Shown piece after piece: positions 56,169-64,000 of a stretch of 64,000 nucleotides of DNA (the stretch's first letter is position 1; every line of letters begins with the position of its first letter). The stretch comes from a virus. Below the pieces are notes generated by a model, which searched no databases, was not told where the DNA came from, and was given only the letters and a program-made list of their open reading frames with translations. The DNA is taken from IMG/VR virus record IMGVR_UViG_3300025138_000025, positions 24,166-88,165 of that record; one strand, written 5' to 3'. A program made the position numbers and the translations under genes.

Positions 56169-59100
56169 TTATACCTCTATTGTTGTTCTTATAAATTTAT
56201 AAGCCATTGTGTCACCGCTTGCTGGTGTCACTCTTAATCTTACAGAGCCACTACTTATATCTGCATCAAATGTTGCTTGTGCACCATTGTCAAATATAGA
56301 AGCGTACTGCGTTAAATAAACTGTTGTTCCGTCATGGAAAAGTGTTATTTCTAGTGATTGATAATCACTGTCTGTTGAATTTGTAATCTGTACTAAATAC
56401 TTAGCAGTTCTAAATACTGAAGCTGTAAAATTATCTAATGTAATAGTTGCTGTAGAACTTGAAGTTCCTGTGCCTGTATGAAAACCAGCTACTCCGTTTA
56501 TAGAAAGTTTTTGTGATGGAAAACTGTCTCCAACACCTAGACTACCTGTTGTATTTACTGAGGAAGCATTTATATTACTAAATATAACATTTCCTGTCAT
56601 GCTTTTACCACTAAGGGCTGCACTTGATAATTGTGTAGTTGTTACAGAGTTATTTGCAATCTCACTTGAACCAACAGCGTTTGCTGCTATTTTAGCTGCT
56701 GTTACAGCATTAGCATTTATTTTTGCAGTTGTTACTTGTAAAGCTCCTAGATGTATTGTATCTATTGAGCCAGTCTTTAATTCTGCGCTGTCTACTGCAT
56801 TGGCTGCTATCTCTGCTGAGCCTACTGCATCCGTAGCTATTAAGTCTGCAGTAATTAATCCTGATGATATCATACCTACATTGTTAATTGCATTGTCTGC
56901 CATCTTAGCTGCTGTTACTTGATCATCTCCGATATGTATTGTATCAATACTACCAGTTACTAATTCTGCTGAATCTACGGAGTTAGCCGCTAATTCTGAA
57001 GAGCCTACTGCACCTGCTGCTATATGTCTTGCTACTATTGAATCTGTTGCAATCTTTGTACCGTCTATGACGTTAGCTGCAAAGTCTGCTGTTTGGTCAA
57101 TAGCACCTGATGCTATCTTTCCTGCTACAACGGCTCCGGCTGCTAACTGATCTGAAGTTACCTGTCCGTCATCTATATGCTGAGTAAGAATAGCATTGTT
57201 TGCTATCTTAGAGCCTATGACTATACCACCACCTAATTCATCGGTTGTAATACTTCCGTTAACAATGTGGATTGCAGAAACAGAGTTAGATGCTAGTTCT
57301 GTAGCTGTTACAGCGTTTGTTTGTATCTTAGCTGTTGCTACAGAGTTACCTGCTAATTGTGCAGTGTTAACCTGTGCGTCATCAATATGTTTTGTTAAGA
57401 TACTATTCTGAGCAATCTTCGTACCATCCACAGCGTTATCTGCTATGTTGGATGTTGCTATTGTGTTGGCTGCTATTTTTGCGCTTGTTACTTGTAAGTT
57501 CCCTATGTGTGCAGTATCGATACTGCCATCTACGTAATGTTCTGAATTTATAGAGTCATCAGCAATTTTTGTTCCGTTTATTGCGTCAGCTGCAATGTCT
57601 GCACCAACTATAGTACCGTTTGCAATCTTTGCTGAAGTAACTGAATTGTCTGCTATTGCAGAAGCTGTTCCTGTTAAGTTACCTGTTACGTTTCCTTCTA
57701 AATCTGCTACTAGCGTACCTTTTGCATATCCTGTTCCTGAAGTATTTACAGTTGTAGTTGGTTGTACTTGTAAGTCTTTAAATATCTGCCATTTACCAGA
57801 ATCATCTGCGTTTCTGAATATACCTGAATATTTGTCTGTACCACCAGTATCGTATAATCCATAGAAACCTATATCAACTGCATCTGAACTTCCGTTGCCA
57901 GTTGCCATTGAGATAAGAGAGTCTCCAGTTGTAATTGTTGTAGCTGAAGCTGCGAATGAAGTTCCTGATACTGTCACGTTTCCTGAGAAAGTAACATTAC
58001 CTGACATTGTCTGTCCACTTAATGCGTCTGATTTAAGTTCTGCTACCGATACAGCGTTTGCTGCTATCTGTGTAGCTGCTACTGCATTTCCAGCTATTTC
58101 TACTGCGGAGACTGAATTTACTGCAAGTTTTGCATTTGTTACTTGGTCGTCTGCAATATGTATTGTGTCTATTGAGCCTGATACTAGTTCTGCAGTATCT
58201 ACTGTGTTAGCTGCTAAGTGTCTTGATAAAATTTGGTTAGTAGCAATTTTTGCTGAAGTAACATTGTTATCTGCTATCTTTGCTGTTGTTACATTAGCAT
58301 TTAATATTTTTGCTGTTATAACTGAATCAGAAGCTAGGTGTATGGCGTCTATTGAGCCACTAACTATTTCTGCTGTATCTACAGAGTTTGCAGCAAGTTG
58401 ATCTGCTGTAATCTGTGCATCGTCTATATGTCTTGTTAAAATACTATTAGATGCTATCTTACTACCATCTACTGCATTGTCTGCTATATTACCAGTAGCA
58501 ATAGTATTTGCAGCTATCTGGTCTGTTGTTATTTGGTTATCGTCTATGTGTCTTGTTAAAATACTATTAGAAGCAATCTTTGTACTATCTACTGCGTTGT
58601 CTGCTATCTTACCTGTTGCTATAGTATTATCTGCTATATCTCCTGATACAATAGTACCATCTGCGATATGGTCTGAAGCAATTACTCCAGAAGGTAGCTT
58701 AGCTGCTGTAATAGCATTATCTGCTATTTTACCAGTTGTTACATTACTATTAGCTATTTTAGCTGTAGTTACTTGTGAAGCTCCTATATGTATAGTATCT
58801 ATACTACCTGTTATTAGTTCTGCACTATCTACAGAGTTAGCGGCTAGTAAGTCTGCTGTTACAGTTCCACTTGGGATGTGTGTAGCTGTTACTGAATTGT
58901 TTGCTATTTCTGAACTGCCTACTGAATTTAGTGCAATTTTTGCACTTGTTACTGAGTTAGCGGCTAATTTAGCTGCTGTTACTTGTAAAGCCCCTAGATG
59001 TATTGTATCTATTGAACCAGTTTTTAATTCTGATGAATCTACTGCATTTGCTGATATTTCTGCGTTTGCTATAGCGTTAGCAGCTACGTGTCTTGCTACT

Positions 59101-59480
59101 ATTGAATCTGTTGCTATCTCGCCTGATGTTACATTATTTGCAGCTATCTTACTTGTTATTACTTGAGACGCACCTATATGAGAAGAGTCTATACTTCCAT
59201 CTATTAGCTGAAGACTATCAACTGAGTTAGTTGCTAGTGCTGCTGTGTCTATTGAATTGTCTGCAACTCCTGTTACCGCAGATTGTTGTAAATTAATCGC
59301 TGCAATAGCATTAGTTGATATTTCACTAGTTCCTACTGCGTTTGCGGCTATTTCACTTGCACCTACTGCGTTAGCTGCTATTTCACTTGCTGTAATTGAA
59401 TTACTTACTATTTCAGTAGTACCTACTGCATTCGCCTCAAGTGAGGAGACTAATGCATTACTTTTTCCTATGAGTGACAT
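56169..59480 (-). CDS. long tail fibre with 10-aa repeats
   Basis: N(A/S)V/I-x-x-x-K/E/H-I-A decamer repeats, two non-repeat domains. Confidence 0.8.
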   Translation of the reverse strand: MSLIGKSNALVSSLEANAVGTTEIVSNSITASEIAANAVGASEIAANAVGTSEISTNAIAAINLQQSAVTGVADNSIDTAALATNSVDSLQLIDGSIDSSHIGASQVITSKIAANNVTSGEIATDSIVARHVAANAIANAEISANAVDSSELKTGSIDTIHLGALQVTAAKLAANSVTSAKIALNSVGSSEIANNSVTATHIPSGTVTADLLAANSVDSAELITGSIDTIHIGASQVTTAKIANSNVTTGKIADNAITAAKLPSGVIASDHIADGTIVSGDIADNTIATGKIADNAVDSTKIASNSILTRHIDDNQITTDQIAANTIATGNIADNAVDGSKIASNSILTRHIDDAQITADQLAANSVDTAEIVSGSIDAIHLASDSVITAKILNANVTTAKIADNNVTSAKIATNQILSRHLAANTVDTAELVSGSIDTIHIADDQVTNAKLAVNSVSAVEIAGNAVAATQIAANAVSVAELKSDALSGQTMSGNVTFSGNVTVSGTSFAASATTITTGDSLISMATGNGSSDAVDIGFYGLYDTGGTDKYSGIFRNADDSGKWQIFKDLQVQPTTTVNTSGTGYAKGTLVADLEGNVTGNLTGTASAIADNSVTSAKIANGTIVGADIAADAINGTKIADDSINSEHYVDGSIDTAHIGNLQVTSAKIAANTIATSNIADNAVDGTKIAQNSILTKHIDDAQVNTAQLAGNSVATAKIQTNAVTATELASNSVSAIHIVNGSITTDELGGGIVIGSKIANNAILTQHIDDGQVTSDQLAAGAVVAGKIASGAIDQTADFAANVIDGTKIATDSIVARHIAAGAVGSSELAANSVDSAELVTGSIDTIHIGDDQVTAAKMADNAINNVGMISSGLITADLIATDAVGSAEIAANAVDSAELKTGSIDTIHLGALQVTTAKINANAVTAAKIAANAVGSSEIANNSVTTTQLSSAALSGKSMTGNVIFSNINASSVNTTGSLGVGDSFPSQKLSINGVAGFHTGTGTSSSTATITLDNFTASVFRTAKYLVQITNSTDSDYQSLEITLFHDGTTVYLTQYASIFDNGAQATFDADISSGSVRLRVTPASGDTMAYKFIRTTIEV

Positions 59481-59481
59481 A

Positions 59482-59814
59482 TTATGTTTGCTCCAAATAT
59501 GAGAGTACGCAGTCGATTGAATTTGCTACATTACTCTGTACCTTGATTATATCCCCAGCTTCTAAAACAACTTTTGCATCTCCACCTATAACTACTTGTG
59601 TAGAGTTACTTGGTATTGGAGTGTTGTGCATTAAAGCTACGTGAGTACTTGAACTTGCGTCAAAAAACTCTACTGTTGCTTCAATTTGTCCACCACTTTG
59701 ATTACAAATGTAACACCCAATAATTGTAGATGTTGTACTATTTGGGCAAGTATAGACACTCGTTAACGAGGTTCCTACACTAGCTTGTGATGCTGATTTA
59801 AATGCTGATGCCAT
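59482..59814 (-). CDS. tail-associated beta-sandwich protein
   Basis: VYTCP..KVVLEAGD.IKV..SYLE. Confidence 0.6.
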   Translation of the reverse strand: MASAFKSASQASVGTSLTSVYTCPNSTTSTIIGCYICNQSGGQIEATVEFFDASSSTHVALMHNTPIPSNSTQVVIGGDAKVVLEAGDIIKVQSNVANSIDCVLSYLEQT

Positions 59815-59818
59815 AATC

Positions 59819-60019
59819 TTATCCTAATGCTATGCTCAGTGCTAATGCTTCTCCTTCAGATATTCCTGCGGAAGTCATAGTAACAATTGCTCCTGAGCTG
59901 TTCTTTGTGTAAATTGTTTTGTCAGAAACATTCATAGCAAGTTCATGCGTTTGCAAGTCACTTGGTTGAGGTACACTACCTGCTGTTTCTGATCTTTTAA
60001 TTTTAATTACATGGGACAT
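59819..60019 (-). CDS. small tail-associated protein
   Basis: IKIKRS..P..L..ELA.N N-terminus, ALSIALG end. Confidence 0.65.
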   Translation of the reverse strand: MSHVIKIKRSETAGSVPQPSDLQTHELAMNVSDKTIYTKNSSGAIVTMTSAGISEGEALALSIALG

Positions 60020-60022
60020 TTC

Positions 60023-61579
60023 TTAGAATGTTCCTCCGTCTAGTGTATTTGACCATGCTACTGTTCCGTTTGCTCCTACTTGAAGCATTTGACCTACTGA
60101 ATTAGTAGAGTCATAAGTACCAATATTTAATGTTGTAAATTGATTACCACCATTTGCTCCGAAAATCATTTGACCTTCAGCAATAGCGTTGTCTAAACCT
60201 TTAATTTGTAAAGTATCTGATACTATTTCTATTGAAGTATTATCTACATTAACTGAAAGAGTATTACCTGATTTAGCAAGTCCTCCCCCTGCTGTTACTT
60301 GACCAGCTCCTGAGAACTGTGTAAAAGCTAATGCGTCTGTACCAAGAGTTGCTGAGCCAGTAACGTTTGAAAGAACGAAACCTGCGTCTGCGTTGGTAGA
60401 ACCTTCTTCTACGAAAGTAAATAATCCACCTGTTACATCAGCACTTGAATCTGCGTCTAACGCTCTTGTTAGTACAGCTGCTGCTGAACCACTACCTACT
60501 GTGCTTACAAAGTAAACACCATTTTGTGTGGCTGTTGACTGATTTTTAACAAGTACTCTATCGTTAAGAATTAAAGCTTGTCCATCTACTGTTATAGCTC
60601 CGTTTGAGCCATAGGTTAGAGTTGCCCCTACACCACCAGTACCATTATTATATGTTCCTGAAATAGCAGCTTCTGTTGCTACTCTACAAGACTCTTTAAT
60701 ATCTAATGCTTGTTTTACGCTGTCTACGTATGCTTTTGTTGTGGCGTCTGTTGATTGAGTAGGAGTTCCAATATTGGTAACTCTATTTCCTCCGATATCA
60801 ACTGTTTGTGAGCCTGCAACTGTGAATCCACCATCAAAGTCTACTGATGGGGTAAATGTTGTAGTACCAGCAACTGTTACGGTATCGCTACTTGCGTTAC
60901 CAATGTTTACTGCTCCATTAAGAGTTGTGCTACCTGTAACAACAACGTTGCCACTTGCACTTACGTCTGTACCACTTATAGTACCTGCGGCTACTACATT
61001 ACCTGAGCTCGCATTTACTGTGAATTTGTTAGTAGCAATTGCTAAGTTGCCAGTCATGTTTAAGCCCGCGAGCGAACTTAATCCTGTAACTGATAGAGCA
61101 CTGCCTACTGTTGTTGATTCACTTCCGTTAGTAGTAACAAATTTTAGATATGAGGTTCCGCCTTGATTTATATCTAATGCTGCTGCATTGTTGTCTAGTA
61201 GTGTGAGTGAATTTGCTTGACCGCTTAAGTCTATAGTTCCACCATGAGTAATAACTAAATTAGCTGTTGGAGCTATTGTTAGATTACCAGAGGCTGTACT
61301 AATAGTATCACTAGAACCTGTAATTACAATATTACCAGATTTTAATTGATTGACTTTACTATTACCGTCAACTAATACTGCTGAACTTGCTGTTAGCGTA
61401 CCTGCTGAGTGGTCTAGCATATTGACGAATAAATCTCCGCCTATTGTTGTTACCGCCGAGGTGCTTGGATGCCCTACAAATAGTTTCTTTGAATTTGATG
61501 AATATGCTAATTCACCAGCACCGAGGGAAGAGGGAGCGGCGGAACTCGCACTTCTTTTGATTTTAATGGTTTGTGCCAT
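60023..61579 (-). CDS. tail fibre protein
   Basis: IKIKRS..GELAY head, DATTKAYVD, RVLVKNQ..QNGVY, LDGGTF tail. Confidence 0.8.
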   Translation of the reverse strand: MAQTIKIKRSASSAAPSSLGAGELAYSSNSKKLFVGHPSTSAVTTIGGDLFVNMLDHSAGTLTASSAVLVDGNSKVNQLKSGNIVITGSSDTISTASGNLTIAPTANLVITHGGTIDLSGQANSLTLLDNNAAALDINQGGTSYLKFVTTNGSESTTVGSALSVTGLSSLAGLNMTGNLAIATNKFTVNASSGNVVAAGTISGTDVSASGNVVVTGSTTLNGAVNIGNASSDTVTVAGTTTFTPSVDFDGGFTVAGSQTVDIGGNRVTNIGTPTQSTDATTKAYVDSVKQALDIKESCRVATEAAISGTYNNGTGGVGATLTYGSNGAITVDGQALILNDRVLVKNQSTATQNGVYFVSTVGSGSAAAVLTRALDADSSADVTGGLFTFVEEGSTNADAGFVLSNVTGSATLGTDALAFTQFSGAGQVTAGGGLAKSGNTLSVNVDNTSIEIVSDTLQIKGLDNAIAEGQMIFGANGGNQFTTLNIGTYDSTNSVGQMLQVGANGTVAWSNTLDGGTF

Positions 61580-61598
61580 GTTTCTGTCCTAAATGAGC

Positions 61599-61979
61599 TT
61601 AAAAAGCCCCTGCGTCTATAGTGTCTGAGTCTGTTGAGTCGTTGCCTATCATTATAGGAACAAAACTAAATACGCCCGTAGACGTTTCTCTATAGATCTT
61701 TAACTGATTGTCATCAGTGTCATAAAATAAATCTCCTTCTGCTAGATTGGTTGTACTAGAGGCTGGAGAAGATGTTTGTACGAAAAATTGGTTAGCTAAG
61801 TAGTTAAGAGCTCCTTCAACAGTGGATTGACTAGAAAGTGTCCCTACCGGATTGTCGAATGTGAGTGAGCTTGCATCTGTTGCACTGGCGGCTACAGCGC
61901 TAGAAACCGTTAATGTAGTGGTTTGTGCTGTTGCGCTTAAACTTGTAGTTTGAGGAGTAATCGTGACTGTAAGTGCCAT
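61599..61979 (-). CDS. tail-associated protein
   Basis: EGDLFYDTDDNQLKIY, IDAGAF end. Confidence 0.65.
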   Translation of the reverse strand: MALTVTITPQTTSLSATAQTTTLTVSSAVAASATDASSLTFDNPVGTLSSQSTVEGALNYLANQFFVQTSSPASSTTNLAEGDLFYDTDDNQLKIYRETSTGVFSFVPIMIGNDSTDSDTIDAGAF

Positions 61980-62317
61980 TATCTTGTAACTTCTGCTGTA
62001 ACTCTTGCTACGCCTTGGATGAGTCTGGTAATACTGTTTGCACTAGTATTAAATAATTCTAAATCATAATAGTATTTTCCTGACGCTACATTCCGTGTTG
62101 TTGCATATCCTAAACTCATAGTTAGTTTACCTTGTGCGGCATTAGTAACTGTGCAAGTAAAGGTTGCTGAAAGAGTACTGGATGTTGGCGTAGGTCTTAG
62201 TTGTGCAGACGCAGAATGACTACCTAGATTAACTGGGTCGCCGTTTTGTGCTACTACTAATTCTATGGAAAAGTCAGACCCCTGGTCTATAACTATATCA
62301 TAATTTCCTGCTGCCAT
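61979..62317 (-). CDS. fibre-attachment/baseplate-like protein
   Basis: IDQGSDF..G.YYYDLE..RLIQG...V..EVTR. Confidence 0.65.
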   Translation of the reverse strand: MAAGNYDIVIDQGSDFSIELVVAQNGDPVNLGSHSASAQLRPTPTSSTLSATFTCTVTNAAQGKLTMSLGYATTRNVASGKYYYDLELFNTSANSITRLIQGVARVTAEVTR

Positions 62318-62338
62318 AATTGTACTCCTATAAATAGA

Positions 62339-62367
62339 ATTATATCAAAAATATGGGGTGTTGTCAA
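62339..62367 (-). promoter_or_regulatory. sigma70-type promoter for fibre operon
   Basis: AAAAATAGTTC-TTGACA-N17-TATAAT, AGGAG SD before ATG 62317. Confidence 0.9.
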
Positions 62368-62410
62368 GAACTATTTTTAAGAGGTATTGCTAGTAGCTAA
62401 ATTAAAGGTC

Positions 62411-62851
62411 TTAGCTATGTCTATCTCCATACAATGTTTGAGCAAATTTATCTTTTAACGCTAGTAGCTTGTCTTCTTCTAACATGATAGTTTTTGCCCA
62501 GTTGAGCATTATAGCCTGAGTTACGTTTTGATAGGGAGTAATAAATCCTGATAGTTCACCTCCTGCTTTGGCTCTCCAAGGTAAGTAAACCTTTAAATAT
62601 TCTTCGTGGGTTTGGTCAGCTTGTCCATCAACTAAATGACTGGCATTTGCACTGGTAGTATCTGTTCCTGTAATTTTTAATCTAACCATCTTTACCATGT
62701 CATTTTCTCTTATTCGTGGCATTTCTTGATTATTCACAAAGTTTTGAGTTTCATGATTAGAGTACTCCCATACAAGATTCATTTGTACATTGAGTGTAGT
62801 AGTTACTGCAGCCCCTTCACTATCTGTTCCTGTTTTAATTATATAGTCCAT
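62411..62851 (-). CDS. hypothetical tail-associated protein
   Basis: FITPYQNVT....LNW motif; coupled to Hint-domain gene. Confidence 0.6.
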   Translation of the reverse strand: MDYIIKTGTDSEGAAVTTTLNVQMNLVWEYSNHETQNFVNNQEMPRIRENDMVKMVRLKITGTDTTSANASHLVDGQADQTHEEYLKVYLPWRAKAGGELSGFITPYQNVTQAIMLNWAKTIMLEEDKLLALKDKFAQTLYGDRHS

Positions 62852-64000
62852 TATACTTTGCTATCTCCTAACGCTACGTTATGTGCGACATATCCTTTAT
62901 TATTTCCACCACGTACCACATAAGTATCATCATCTTCTACATCCATATTATGGGTAATACAAGATTGTGTTACTTTAGGTATCGCAAATATTTCTTCTCT
63001 AGTTCCATCTTCACAGATTAAAAAGTCCCCAACTGCTAAATCTTCTACTTTTACAAATTTAAATACATCATCTTTAAATGTTAACATTGGATGTTCATTA
63101 GTAACTTTTAAATTATAATTAATCCAATAATAGTTTGTATGTGCATGGGCCTCTGTTACTTCAGTAACATTTGAAGTTCCAAAACTTCCACTGCCTATTT
63201 CTGGAGTTGTCCAAGTTTTCCAAGCATTTTCATCTAGTGATAGACTTGAATGTCTGAATGATTTTACATCTTCTCCAGCAGTTACATCTTCGATTGCTTT
63301 CGTAGTTCCGTCAGCCATAACTACAGGAGTTCCTTGTACGAAACAACCGCCGCCTCCTCCGCCACCACCTCCGCTTCCAGAGGTGCCTCCTGTTATTACT
63401 TGATAACCTTGTGAACTTTCACCAATAGAAACTGATGTACTAGTAGTAGTTAAATTGGTTCCTGCAGAAGTTAATTCTACATTAATATAGCTTCCATTTG
63501 CAATATTTGCTGCAGAAGTTCCAAATGATCCACCATCAATTTTAAATCTTGCAGAAGTTGTATTACTTATACTTACACTTTTTGTTCCTGCAAAACCACC
63601 AACTACTTGAGTATTAGAATAAAAAGCTGTACTTAATGCTACACCTGTTTGGTTAGCAAAACTAAATACTGGGTCTGTTGTTCCAAATTTGATAAATCTT
63701 GCTTCGGCTGAACCTAATGTTTCTGCTCCATCTCCCTGCGCTCTTACAAACATTGATACATTACCTGAGCCTGTAAAAGTAAATGCAATCGGCATATTAG
63801 ATGTTTGTGCACTAGAGAATAGTCTACCTTCTGATAAGTTACCTGCTGTATATTGGTCAATTCTTGGAGTTTCATAAATTAATGTTCCTTCACTTGATGT
63901 TGAACTTCCGGTTCTTGCTTGTATACTAATAGTTTTAACATGGTTTGTTCCACCAGTCAATCTTACAAATCCTTGATAGAATCCTGGACCACTACCTACA
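62851..64000 (-). CDS. tail protein C-terminus with poly-Gly linker and Hint domain (5' end outside window)
   Basis: Frame open to window edge; G9-CFVQGT.V.MADG, T.EHP, HN at 62878-62883. Confidence 0.85.
   Translation of the reverse strand, partial: VGSGPGFYQGFVRLTGGTNHVKTISIQARTGSSTSSEGTLIYETPRIDQYTAGNLSEGRLFSSAQTSNMPIAFTFTGSGNVSMFVRAQGDGAETLGSAEARFIKFGTTDPVFSFANQTGVALSTAFYSNTQVVGGFAGTKSVSISNTTSARFKIDGGSFGTSAANIANGSYINVELTSAGTNLTTTSTSVSIGESSQGYQVITGGTSGSGGGGGGGGGCFVQGTPVVMADGTTKAIEDVTAGEDVKSFRHSSLSLDENAWKTWTTPEIGSGSFGTSNVTEVTEAHAHTNYYWINYNLKVTNEHPMLTFKDDVFKFVKVEDLAVGDFLICEDGTREEIFAIPKVTQSCITHNMDVEDDDTYVVRGGNNKGYVAHNVALGDSKV

Noticed and set aside
59819-61579. Diversity-generating retroelement target (Mtd-like N-termini)
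   Set aside because: No reverse transcriptase or adenine-specific template/variable repeat pair seen in the window.
53014-61592. Alternative-frame and opposite-strand ORFs over the tail genes
   Set aside because: Shadows of repetitive codon usage; no SD or motifs. The same applies to minus-strand ORFs under the + strand core genes.
62878-63345. Canonical splicing intein
   Set aside because: Residue after Asn is Val, C-extein is 8 aa, no endonuclease.
1-64000. tRNA/rRNA genes, integrase, stop-codon reassignment
   Set aside because: No cloverleaf or recombinase motif recognised by eye; core genes are intact in the standard code with all three stops used. A tRNAscan run would be needed to be sure.

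Overview
A 64-kb, AT-rich segment of a lytic T5-like (Demerecviridae-like) tailed phage, probably aquatic; a marine proteobacterial host is an inference from the auxiliary genes. Layout: (i) small early-type genes including MazG and an A2-like DNA-binding protein (1-3520); (ii) a promoter-dense control island with a minus-strand ORF-less rod-shaped RNA candidate, ribosomal protein bS21 and an HTH gene (3520-4860); (iii) Hsp20, lysis genes and a T5-syntenic replication module (D2, D3, split NAD ligase, D5, D6 helicase, primase, PolA, D10-D15, nrdAB) on the + strand; (iv) a minus-strand tail module (50871-64000). Interleaved with the core are about 25 tailoring enzymes: glycosyltransferases, 2OG/JmjC oxygenases, two radical SAM/SPASM proteins, two QueC-like + ElaA-GNAT pairs, a carbamoyltransferase, an Asn-synthase-type amidotransferase, sulfotransferases, a cytidylyltransferase and an SDR. 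Strongest novelty candidates: a 1022-aa Thr/Asn-rich tail-module protein whose halves are mirror-organised around a central turn (matched duplications in both arms, aromatic repeats opposite Arg repeats), sitting beside a glycosyltransferase cluster that may decorate it; a tail protein ending in poly-Gly + Hint domain; a promoter-driven ~165-nt structured ncRNA; and several leaderless transcripts. All functional calls come from motif recognition by eye; no database searches or folding were run.
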